From positions 17,546,001-17,610,000 of the forward strand of contig NC_092355.1 of assembly GCF_963676685.1 (NCBI RefSeq): a stretch of 64,000 nt of DNA, in the 5' to 3' direction. Made by a program: the position numbers and the translations under genes. This document shows positions 41,070 through 53,671 of the stretch, in pieces. How positions within the stretch are numbered: position 1 is the first letter of the stretch; every line of letters begins with the position of its first letter. Under the pieces are notes generated by a model, which saw only the letters and a list, made by a program, of their open reading frames with translations, had not been told where the DNA came from and made no database searches. This DNA is from Mytilus edulis (lineage: Eukaryota).

Positions 41070-41798
41070 TATAGATATAGGAAGATGTGGTGTGAGTGCC
41101 AATGAGACAACTCTCCATACAAATAACAATTTAAAAAGTAAACCATTATAGGTTAAAGTACGGCCTTCAACACGGAGCCTTAGCTCACACCGAACAACAA
41201 GCTATAAAGGGCCCCAAAATTACTAGTGTAAAACCATTCAAACGGGAAAACCAACGGTCTAATCTATATAAACAAAACGAGAAACGAGAAACACGTATAT
41301 ATTACATAAACTACTGTACATCAGATTCCTGACTTAGGACAGGTGCAAACATTTGCAGCGGGATTAAACGTTTTAATGGATCCAAACCTTCTCCCTTTTT
41401 CTGAAACAATAGCATAACATCACAACAAAGAAAAACATACGATAAAATATCAATTGGCAGACTTAACTCAATCAAAAAACGTATGATTAAACAATGAACG
41501 AATAAATTTGATCTGCGATATCTGAATACAAATGCACAGTAATTAAATATTAGAGACAAACATTCATGACCAAAAAGCTAACAAACAAATTCAAAAACAG
41601 GACATGACTGAGAAATATTTAACCAATCAATGTTCACTTTAGAAAAAAACCGGTTTTTTTATAATCTTGAAGTTTATACAAATGTTGTAAGAATAAGTGA
41701 AGATATTACAAATAATCAAACCTGGTGTACAGACAAGATCCGTATAAATAAAAAATGACAAAAAAGCATTATAAACAGTATCAACAGGTCGAATTAAA
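41070..41798 (-). mobile_element. R2-like retroposon inserted into B2
   Basis: 729 bp absent from B1 (agtatatta|gtttgtt); no TSD seen. Confidence 0.85.
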
Positions 41799-43687
41799 GT
41801 TTGTTAATAAAATTAGAATAGTTATTATACAGTTTTGCATAAATATCAAGTATCCAGTATGGCAGGATAAATGTTCCATTCAAGTAGAACATTTCCTTTT
41901 CTACTCTTAGTATCTATATTAGTATAGATTATGTGGTATGATGCATGAGACTAGTAATTTTCTATAGGAGACATCCTCTGTTCAATGTGGTATGGTATAT
42001 GAGACTAGTTCTTGTCTATAGGACTCATCTACTGTTCTTTGTGGTATGGTATATGAGACTTGTTAGGTTTTATTAGGGGACTACTACTGTTTCTATGTGG
42101 TATGGTATATGAGACCTGTCAGTGTTCTTTAGAAATATCTACTGTTCTATGTGGTATGGTATATGAGACTTGTCAGTGTTTTAAGGAGACATCTACGTTT
42201 CTGACAGGAATAGGTATAAACATTTATTTTTATTTACACAAATGTGAAGACACGCACAGATAAGGGACGATACATGCACGTTGGACAATACACTCAAGAT
42301 TAATAAAAAGAAAATGTATTTCTATGTTACAAATATTCAAAAAATAGAGTTATCAATACACGTTTATTGTGAAGACATACAATAGTATATAAGCGTTTCT
42401 GTAAGTCTCGATTACAATTATTAGTCTAATCATTTTCGTTCACAATAATAAAAGAGGGACGAAAGATACCAGAGGGACAGTCAAACTCATAGACAACGCC
42501 ATGGCTAACATTAAAAACACAAACAGACAAATAACAGCACAGAAGACACAACGGACATATACTTTTTAGTAGATATTTCAAAGAGGACAGAAACGTTTTG
42601 GGGTATATTCAGAAGGTAGGACATATCTCTTTTTAGGGAAAAATACGAATTACACTGTAAATACTGCATTCTGTTTGTTAAACATATGAAATGTCTGAGT
42701 GACCAAATTAAGTCATTTCAAGTCATTTCTATATAAATACAATGAGGTGTATCATGATTGCCAATAAGACAACTTCATTGGTTTTAGGAACATTTTTCTA
42801 AAAATACAACTATTTTGTCGTGCCATGCTATATATGTTTTCAGTGTCATAAATAGTCATAAAAAGATGAAGACTGTATTTCTAAATAGAAAAACTAAAAA
42901 AGTGCTTGATATTGTATTTATGATGACATCTTGATAAACACAGATAGATAATGACATTGAAACAGCATTACAAGACAAGTAAATTATTGAATTCAGTATG
43001 TCATGCGTAATTCGTGCTAAATTTTGATTTTGCTGGTTCAAAGTTTAACAAGAGTCTGCAGTTGAATCATAAATAAGAGATTGGTACATATGTTTGGTGA
43101 GTGTAAACCACTGGTTCCTTTATACTTAACAAAATAAGAAAACATTGAACGATATATTGCTGACACATGGTAAAAATCCTTTTTTGTTTGCTCTGAACGT
43201 CTTTTCTCCCTTTTCTGTATTTATTACAATCAAATTAAAAACATGATACTTTTTCACCAATTAAATAAATAAACAGCGGTTTCCCTCCATGGTTATTTTA
43301 GTCGGGGAATAACCCCTAGTTTTGTATACAAAACTGTTTATAGCACCCTTTACCAAGTGCAACATCTCAGAGTGTCACTCCAGACAGACAAAGGGCAACA
43401 TGACAGCAACCCTTACAAGAGAGCAGAGACAACTCATTCCAACTTCACAGTTTTCTCCGTCACCAAACAACACACACTGCAGTAACTGCTGTACCGTCAC
43501 CTACTATTAGACTACCAACTTCCACTTAATAAGTTCCATCAGGAAATATGTTCAATGTGATAGACAGTAAATTTCAGCACATACCCTCACAGTGCCAGAT
43601 TGGAGCATGTGATCTAGTTCGGGAATTAATTCATCATTGGGACTGGGTAATTTTTCCAAACATTTGTTGGAATTAATTTTTACCTAG

Positions 43688-44420
43688 AACTTTATACCCA
43701 AGAATGTCTGTGATGCTTCTTTTTCCTACCATGGTGACTTTAGAACAAACAAAAAATTCCTTGGACCCGGTTCGCAAACAGCTCCTCGTGCAGTATATGT
43801 GCCACTTCTTATTCGAGGTAATGCAGTCACAAGCCGTTGAACTATTGAGATGGGGAGGAGGAATAAAGGCTCGGTTTATTGATGATATTATCTTTATATT
43901 TTGGGTTTGCTTGATTTTATCTCATGTACATATACTTTCATCTTTTTATTTTCCATGTTCATCTTTTAAAATCAAATTATGGTGGTTGAAATTTGACATG
44001 TATAATTATGCTACGGGAACCGCTCTAACATTGTCAGAATTCCATCTTCTTAATTAGTGTCCTTAAAATTCTAAGGTGGCTTAATTGAGTTGAAAAACTG
44101 ATAATATTATTTATTAAATCAATTTACTGTAATATTTCAGATAGATCACCAAAATAATTGTGCGGTGTTAGATGAACAGTTAAGTACGTATATACCAGCA
44201 TAAAGGGACAAACTTGTTGCAAGGAACTACTTTAAAGACCTTATGCACATTAAAAGAAGTGAAAAACTTCGAGATAATACAGACGCAAAAAAAGGCAGAC
44301 AGATTAATCATGTTAATCGAATTATGCTGGCTTGATTATGATTATGCTGACAATGCTTATAACCAAATGAAAAGCCAAACATGTGGGAGGATTCAGATAT
44401 GTACGTGTTCCAAAATCCTG
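43688..44420 (+). pseudogene. Orphan exon-like remnants of an unrelated gene
   Basis: AG/GT-bounded open 130-nt segment at 43688-43817; after tttcag at 44140 a disrupted frame reads ..DEQLSTYIPA*RDKLVARNYF.. / IELCWLDYDYADNAYNQMKSQTCG. Confidence 0.35.
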
Positions 44421-44726
44421 GTCAATATTGTTGTAACAATTTATACAGTATTCTAACATAAAAAGAGTCTGGATTCTGGGCATGGTTTCTGTATTCTTTT
44501 ATTTCTCTATTCCATATTATTTGCCTAATCATCCTCCTTTCTCTATACCTTTGAACCCTTATGCTCCCTATCTGTAATTGTCACCTTATTCGCTAATTTT
44601 CTCATTTAAAAAAAAAAGTTTTCTTATTTGTGTAATACATGTTATACTTAAACATGTATAACAATAAATTACATACAATTAACACGGGTGAGATTATTAG
44701 AATATTTTAAGAAGAAACCCCTGCTT

Positions 44727-45089
44727 TGTGACCTCATCTGGTGTTCCTTCATTTAGAACTGGTCCAATCTTAAATTACAATATTGATTTGCGTTACTAAT
44801 TCCTATGAATATAGCATGTGACCTCATCTGGTGTTCCTTCATTTAGAACTGGTCCCATCTTAAAATACAATATTGGTTTGCGTTACTAATTCCTATGAAT
44901 ATAGCATGTGACCTCATCTGGTGTTCCTTCATTTAGAACTGGTCCAATCTTAAATTACAATATTGATTTGCGTTACTAATTCCTATGAATATAGCATGTG
45001 ACCTCATTTGGTGTTCCTTCATTTAGAACTGGTCAAATCTTAAATTACAATATTGGTTTGCGTTACTAATTCCTATGAATATAGCATGT
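44727..45089 (+). repeat. 90-bp tandem repeat, 4 units
   Basis: Units at 44727, 44817, 44907 and 44997; single copy at 692-784. Confidence 0.95.
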
Positions 45090-45722
45090 ATAGTGAGATG
45101 ACGCATTACAATTAGTAAAAAATAGTGCTTATGGGACAAATGAGTCGAGTGCAATATTGCTTAACTGATAATTGCTAAACAGTAATCAGTTTTTGATCAT
45201 CTGGTTAACTATTCTATATATTTTCTTTTGTTTCGTGCTTTTTGTTAACCTTGTATTGCGTACTTGGCATGAGGAGAGACCTCTTGTAAGAATCATGATA
45301 CAACGAATAAACCGAACCTGCTCATTTTACTTCACCATATGTAGGCTAGCATTGATCGCAATTATAATTACAGTTTTAATTAATGCTTACCTAATGCTTC
45401 CAACATATGCTAATTGACCTAAAGTTTTACAATTGGAGATTTTATGATTTGTACTATATTCACATTGTTTTGTTGAACTTAATTGTATTCAAAGTATTGC
45501 ATAATGCTAGACATTGGAAACGTGTAATTGCAAATTAAAGGCATAGTTGTAGGGGGAGTTCAACTCACGTTATATCGCTGAGGAGACGTAACGATAAATT
45601 GTTGACGCTTGTGAAGCCGTAAAAAGATATGTTTTCGAAAGTGTTTGGGTCCACGTTCGACAATGGTATTTTCAATTTATAGGCACTGTAGCATCTAAAA
45701 TGAATGTTCGCACACAGAGCAT

Positions 45723-48700
45723 CGCAGCTACATTAAGGCCGTTTTCACACTACTTTCGACAAGGGCAGATAACTCCGTTCAATCTCATTAAATATTCATG
45801 CGTCGTTGTACACGCCGCCATGATGGAGAAGAAAAAATGTCCAGTTCACCATCTTTTGATGAAGCAGCGTTGCAGCAATCGTTGCCTTAGGATGCGGAAT
45901 GGTGCAAGTCAGGGTAATTATAGAAAAATTGTAAAAAGTCATGGATAAATTATATGATTTAGGCGATTTTCTGTCGAGTATTAAGCCCCGCCCTCTACGA
46001 ATATTTAGCCAATCAAAAAATACCTGCTTCATTTAGAAGCTTGCATCAATATTTTTCTCGAGCACCTGTAATGTGACGAAAAATAGGAAATATGGACAGA
46101 AATGTGGAATTTGTGTTAATCTAGATAGATATTTAGTAAGAATTAACCCAACAACATCACAAAAAATGGAAACGGTACGTTGAAACGGAGTAGTCTGCAA
46201 ATCTCAGGCCTCCGACTTGTGATGTTGTGCCTCCGACAGTGTCGGGGGTATAACTAGCCTAATTTATGCATTTTCTCGGTTAAAAGAAGTTATTTGCACT
46301 GATCCATTCTATTGTTTTCACATGTTTGTTGATTTTAATGAATGTTTGATGCATTTCCTTTACAAATGAAGATATACACAAAAAGGGGGGGGGGGGCACA
46401 TTTGTTACAATATGGTGAAATTATACCCCCTTATCATATTCATATAGTTTTCAAGCCAGGAAAGTGATATATTTATACAGAATTGGTGCAGTTATGCAGA
46501 CCATCTTGCTGAATGTGTGGTCAAGCCCTTTCAGTCATTCATTTTGTGATAGCTATCATGGCTATGCAGTAATTCTCTCAAAATTCTAAAAGTTATCGTT
46601 TAATAGGCGTAGCTCAATATTATCCTCGTCTCTTGGTTGTTCTTGCCTTTAAGAATTGTGATGTCACGCATTCAATACTTGTTATTTTTACTTTGGCACT
46701 TTCCTATGACCGATTGGAATAGACTTAATGATTAGTTTAGTTAGCATATGTTTAAAAGCTGTACAGTATATTGAATCAGTAGTTTCTAACGATAATGATA
46801 ATTTGAGGTACATGTACATAAGTTTTCATCTCTAACTGTATTTTTGTTTGTATGTTTAGGATGGCATTTACTTCCACACGTTTATATCTTAGCTTTTTTA
46901 CATTTGCACGTCTTGGTTGTGCACAAATCTTTTCATTAACATCTTTTGCATGTTTTACTTGTAAGTGAAAATTAAACTAGCATTCTTTGCAGCTGCGTGC
47001 AGTGATATCAAGGTCTCGGGCCATACTGATGTGTCTGTAGTGTCTTTAAGAGGCTCTAGATCTTCAATATCGCAACATGACTGCAGTACACTTCTAGTAT
47101 AATCACAGAACAAATATTTTCTTTGGTCGGGTTGTTGTCTCTTTGACACATTCCCCATTTCCATTCACATTTTTATTATAAATTAACTTTAAACTATGGT
47201 CCTTGGCGGTGATGTCATCTACTTTACACAATAAATGTGGTAAATCACCAGACGCCCTTTGATTTTTGAGATCTTCTGATTGTTCTTACAAGTAATGTGT
47301 AAAGTTCAATGTGTGAAACTGCTTTTTTTTATTTAGTTAAAAAAAAATCTTATAAAAATATAATAAAATTACCATTTTAATGACATGACTAGAAGGGTCT
47401 GACATACCTTACGAAGAGTTTAGAAAACGTGTTAATTACCCAGATCATATGCGTACAGTTGGACCATATGAGTATTTATCTTACCTCCTATACATTTCTA
47501 GGAATATGATCGGTTAAAAGCGTCCTCGTGGAGACTGTGTATATTTGATATCAGGTTAGTAGGGAGACGTGGCGTATTGCATACATGGTTAGTAGTGGTG
47601 TTTTGTCCCTTAATACTCTATATTAGGCAAAAGGGAGGTGGGGCTTATTTCATACATGGTTAGTAGTGGTGTTGCTTCGCTTTATAAAAACAAAAGGTAC
47701 TGAGAAAAAATCTTAACGGTTCAACAGCTACGAAATTGATGATTAAGATGAAAATAAATTCATGAAATGCATTTAAACCAAACAAGTTGTTATTATATAT
47801 ATTGGCATCTGTTTTTGTAGGATCGCCAGAAAAAGCTTCTTAATGCTAACAGTATTGAAGACTTGCTCATTTTGATAGTAGTCTAAATTTCACACGTTAA
47901 GATAGTCGGTAAAATAAATTCGTTACATAGTGTGCTAGTGACGTGATACGGTATATATGGGGTCAGTAAATTCAATATGGGGAGTCGAGCCTCGCTTTCA
48001 CCCCATATGGAATTTACTGACCCCATATATTTCGTATTAGGTCACTACATGTAGCACACTATGTAACTAATAATACCTATATAGTCATGCCCATACTCGT
48101 ATGGTCCGGAACATATATATATATATATATATATAGTCAGTTTGAGTAATAATTATCACATAATGCCCTATGGACATAATGCTTTTCATATCATCATTTT
48201 TGAATGCGTTTTATTTCATACTGGATACAAAAATTCAATATACTGTACATACATGACATAGGCACATATATGCCAGAAAAGAAGTCATGTGCCAGATACA
48301 GTGTATATACATAAACATTAATTAACATTTCCCGTCATCTATGTTAAAATAACTTTTAATATGGACATATATCTGATTGTTATGTCATGATGTCACTATT
48401 AGAATGACTCCATGAGAGCTTCAGTCCTTTCATTAAAACTGGGTACAATTTTACTATATCCAGAAATTGCATACCAGAAAGGAAGGCAAGTGAGAAATAA
48501 ATATTAAAATTCAAATGTATGCTAAGTTAGCCAGCTATGTTGACATGTCAGCTTTGAGTTAAATACATTCATCGTACATGTATGTACATTTGTACCAAAA
48601 TACATTTGTACATGTAAATCTTGAATATCATATATATTAAGCCGGTTCTGGATGACTACCAACTTACTAAAATGATATAGTTATTTAAGCAAGATAATAT

Positions 48701-51700
48701 ATACAAAAAAGAAGATGTGATATGATTGTCATTGAGACAACACTCCACAAGAGACCAGACAGAAATTAATAGATATATGTCACTTTACTGCCTTCAACAA
48801 TGAACAAAGCCTATACCTCAAAGTCAGCTTTAAAACCATATAGGTGTTCCAGACCACATGAGTATTTGGACCTGACCATACATGTATTTAAATCATTGAT
48901 TGATTGATTGTTGGTTGCTTTACGCCGCATTTGGGTTAAATTGAAATAAAGAGTTATCAAAATCTTTATTTTTAGTTTTAAAAGTTGAAATTATTACCAT
49001 AAGATGGATAAAGTGAACAAGCAAACAATTGAAATTAGACAATTGATTAATTGTAAATCTGAATGCTATGTTTGTTCTCTCGCCCAAGGTGACACTTGCT
49101 ACCACAAGTAACGTAATATTTTTTTTATATTAACATGTTGCAGTTCATGCATGATCCTAAGCATTTGCACTTTTTGTAAAGTTGCTAAATATTATAAAAC
49201 AATTTCCCTCCCACATTATATTTACTTCCCATAACTTCAATTTCAGTGGCCATAATTCAAGTGATGAATTACTGATCGACATGCTAAATATAAGAGATTA
49301 ACAGATTTAACAAGCGTGACTTTTTTTAAATAGTTTGAATATTTATAAACTTCTTATTTCAATTACAGTTGAACTTTTATATTAATTTGAGAGTAAAAGT
49401 ATGTTGATCTGTTATATGCATTTGTATCCAATAAACTTGACTAACTTCTTAATACTAGTTAGACCGTTCGCTTACGGTCGACCATATGAGTATTTAAAAA
49501 AAGTATGCATACAGTCCAGACGGTACGCGTACAGTCCAATAACTCATACGGTCTGGTACATAGACATTATATAGTTTTTCCACTTTTGTTTATATTCATT
49601 ATGTTATTTAGTTTTTTAATTTGATGGCATTTGCTGATGTAAACTTTTTTATTCTACATGCACATGCTATTTTCACTTTATATATAGCTTCCTAGAAGAT
49701 CAGGCAGGGTAACTCTTGGCATTATGCCATATTACCTGGCTGGTAACTGTTTATGTGCTATTTCCATTAAAATTGTAGCACTTTACAGTTGCTGGGTAGG
49801 TTAAAATATCTCATCATTAAGAACATGGCAGCAATAAAGAAGAGGAGGCATGAAAAAATGAAACTGAAATGATGAGTTCCTTGGGTCATTGCCCTTTTCA
49901 ATTATTGATGTAAAAGAAGTCCATACTGACCATGTACTTGTAAGTTTTACTATCTGGAATATGCTGTTTTACTTATATTATGAGCACTAACTTATTTAAG
50001 ACTGTGTGAAGTCATATTATTGCTTATCGCCACTTCATTTTGTGTCTGATCATGTGTGGCAATCATACCACATCTCATTTTTGTTGATTCTCCGACTTTT
50101 GTCATAGAAGGGAGACATCACGATTCTACATTGCATTGGCAGCGGCTTCCACAAATATTCACGCTGCGGTTAAAGTTTTGTAAAAAAGAAACTCGATTAT
50201 CCCTATTTCACTTATAAATGGAGTTTTTATTCTAGTAAACATTACAAATACTCTGTGGTTAAAGTTTAAAATTTTAATAACTTTCTTAAACTATCCTGGA
50301 TTTGTAGGAAACTTGGACAGAAGGTTGTTTATGATCAAAAGCTAAAAAAAATCTTATGGAGGAATTTAAATAGAGAAAAATAGTCAACAAATGACCGAAC
50401 AACGCATTAATTTTATATCACTTGGAAACCACGGTAATTCATTGTAAGCACTGTTATAAATGTTTTCAATCGTAGAAAGCATCATATATTCAAAATTAAA
50501 ATTAAACTGAAGAAGATATGTGTGAGGAATGAAAATTATTTGTTCTTATTGCTGAAAATAAAAAATTATTGACCGTTATTTAATATGACAAAACACTATA
50601 ATCCATAGGTCACTCACGCTTTTTGCATTTTAAAAGTAAGTGTAACAGATGATGAGACATGTATTGTCGAAATGCGCATCTGGTGCAAGAAAATTGATAC
50701 CGTTAATTTTATTAAAGATATATTTATTTCTATATTTATTTCTATATTTTGTTTAGTATTTTTATGTTGCAAATATGTCAATGGTTGATTTTGCGGTCAC
50801 ATTTTAACAAATAGAATTTCTGTAAATTTATTCTTGCATATCTGACACTGATTACTGGTATAAATGGGGTTGCAAAAAAGGGTTATATTACTACTGAAAT
50901 TTGGAGATTTTGTTATTGCATTGTTAGATTTGTAAGATCACAGACTGAAAACTCATAAGTTTGTAAAAGTAAAATCTATTCTTTGTCTAACATCATTGAA
51001 CATTTGTCTAAGTTCATTACAAAATGTAGAGTAATTTTTCTTCCTTAATTTCTGTTGGAATATTATGTATTATGCTTGCAATTTTTTTCAGATATATCAG
51101 AGTATACATGGTATACACTTAAATGTATCTTGTTAAGTTTAAAGATTATAGGTTCTTTGAAAATGAAAAGTCACATGTTGACAAAATTGTATTTAACATC
51201 ATTGCAGATACATGTAGATTGAAAGCTTTGCCGTTTTTTGTAAATCAATATAAGGTCCCATAAATAAAAACGGACACATCTTATATATCTTGAGTACTTT
51301 TATTCACTCACACAAAGTGTAAATATTCCTATAAATTTTAAAAACACCGGCTTTTATATTTAAAAAACGTATTATATCATCTCTCATTAAGCGCGGAAAC
51401 AACCCTCGCTTTCCCCGGTACCGATTCAAAATCGTTATCTTTGTTGCGCTTTAAAATATTGCCGACAATAGAATTTTCGTTTAATTTTCAATATTTTGAC
51501 CTAGCACAACCTTTATTCTCAAACAAATGCCACCAACTGAAGAAAATTATTTTAAGAATTTAAATACGATCATGAATCTTGCTGGGGGTTTCTCCAATTT
51601 TATTTCTGAGAGTCATACGAGGTAAGCAAAGTTGACAAAATCACGGAATTTGACCTTCAAAGACGTAAAATCATTCTAAATAAACATTTTTAACAAACTG

Positions 51701-52010
51701 TTCTAACCCCCAGCACTTTTAAGTGACACTGGTAGTTGCTTAACCTATTGTTAAAATTTGGATGAGAATGGTGAAGGGTAAAAGAAGAAGGTTACAGACG
51801 ACAGTTTTAACATATGAAAATGGCATGTCACGTGACAGTGTTAGGGTCACGGGGTCATATTTTTATGTTCATTGATGAGAAATCAGACGGCCTTTTGTTA
51901 TAGTCCATGTACGACTATGACATATTTGACATTAAGCCAATTCTGACAATTCCGTTTTCACCCCCCTTTTTTCGTCAAATTTACAAAATTGCGTCCTTAA
52001 TGTAGCTGCG
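45723..52010. mobile_element. 6.3-kb TIR DNA transposon, 16-bp perfect TIR, 2-bp AT TSD, no intact transposase seen
   Basis: cgcagctacattaagg (45723-45738) / ccttaatgtagctgcg (51995-52010); AT at 45721-45722 and 52011-52012; empty site gagcattacaaa at 1425-1436. Confidence 0.9.
47476..48073 (+). mobile_element. Second H1 long-hairpin element, nested in the 6.3-kb transposon
   Basis: Colinear with 9052-9644 with the same termini and different flanks. Confidence 0.8.
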
Positions 52011-53671
52011 ATTACAAACATCCGACCTTAAAGGGAAAGACTAGTTTTTATTTATATTTACTTGAAAGTAACTTAAATTCTTTTTATTTTTCCATGTACG
52101 CAATTATCACATTGTTTATTTACATTTTCTGTTACAAGTTTTTTATTATTGTTTTTAAGATTTACAACAAATACAACACATCAAACATACATACAGTAAT
52201 ATTAGTGATAGATTTGAATATATATATTTATTTATGACAATAAACATTGTTGTAAATTAAATTTTTTCTATTTATATGAAGAAAAAAAGAAGAAAATATA
52301 ATTAGAGTTAAATGTGTATGTACCACTGTGTGGCATGGCATCTGAGAATTGTAAAGAATTTTATAAAAAAAAAAGGAAGAGGTTAAAAAATATCCCGTTA
52401 GATTTTCAGTACATAATAAATTGTGCTATCAGATACAATAATATTTTATGTTAGTTTTAACAATAAATATAGATTGTAAAAATAAATGACAAATTGAATT
52501 ATAAAAGTAATACTTTAAATGCATTCCTCATGGTATCAAAGTGTTTTTGTCTCTAATTTTTTCTAAATTGTACATATATTTTAATTTTCTTTAATGGCAC
52601 TGACTGCAAGATCTTCTGAAAAAGCATCTACTGTTGTATATATATTGTTTATTGTTATATCTGTTACAAGTTCTTTATAATGTTATATGTTCATAAAAAA
52701 CCTCACAAGAGCTTGAAGAAGAAAGGAATGCAACAGAGGCACAACTACTTCTTAAACACGATAAAGTTATTATAGCACGGGTATTCCAATATGATATCAC
52801 TGTAGCTAATACATGTAATACATCAGGAAAAGTTCATGTATGAGACAATATAAGACAATAATACTAAGTATATCAAATGAAGATGCCTAGATGTTTTCTC
52901 TATAGATACACTCTTTGAAACTATCACATTTGAAATAACATCGAAATTTTTACAATGCATTACTGTAACGAAAAAAGTAAACATCCACTATCTAGTGCAG
53001 GAGAAGATATCCAGTTTTTTTGTGGTAAAGTATAATAGTTTATCTTACAGGAGAGAGACGACAGATATTAAAAGTATATCCCAACTCATTAGTCATCAAC
53101 AAAATGAATACTGTATGGCAAAGAACGAAAAAAAAAGACGAAAAGACAAACAACAGCCAAAACAACAACATGAACAGTATAGATTGACCAAACACTGGAA
53201 GGGGTATCAGATACTCTTGACTGGAAAGTAGAACCTGCTTCACATCCGTTATGTTGCTCAGAAAGTTTAATCCTGATAATAAGTGAAATTTTGTGATTAG
53301 CAAGGAGAGGCGCACACAAGAAAACCAACAATGTCCATGGATGTTTATTCTATTCACTCATCGTTGTCAATATCATAAAATTTTATGCGACTGTCAAACA
53401 ACTGAGAGGTGTAGCTAGCTGTAAAATTTAAAATATTTAAATACGTTATTATAAATAGTTTAAGCATGTCACTAATTCAGGTTGCTCCGTTCTTTAACGC
53501 CAATTTCATAGTGCGTTTATTTATAAAAACGCCAAAATATTCGCCTCCACCTACAGCGCTTCGATCCAAAAGAATTGCCGAATTTGTCCTATAAGAATCG
53601 AAATAATTCAAGCCCTCATGAATAATTTCTTAAACAAATAGGTTTTCAGTTAAAAGTTCACAGAAGTTATT

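Larger units (their letters stand above)
34690..42220 (+). mobile_element. Non-autonomous Ngaro-type (DIRS-order) tyrosine-recombinase retroelement with split direct repeats A1-body-B1-A2-B2
   Basis: A1 34690-34988 matches A2 39701-39999 (299 bp, 2 differences seen). B1 38350-39703 matches B2 40138-42220 (1354 bp once a 729-bp insertion is removed). Decayed YR and zinc-finger remnant inside; no RT/RNaseH seen. Confidence 0.85.

Noticed and set aside
47440-49560. Scattered palindromic ggaccatatgagtat / tacgcgtac motifs
   Set aside because: Appear to be short degenerate fragments of a repeat; ends could not be defined.
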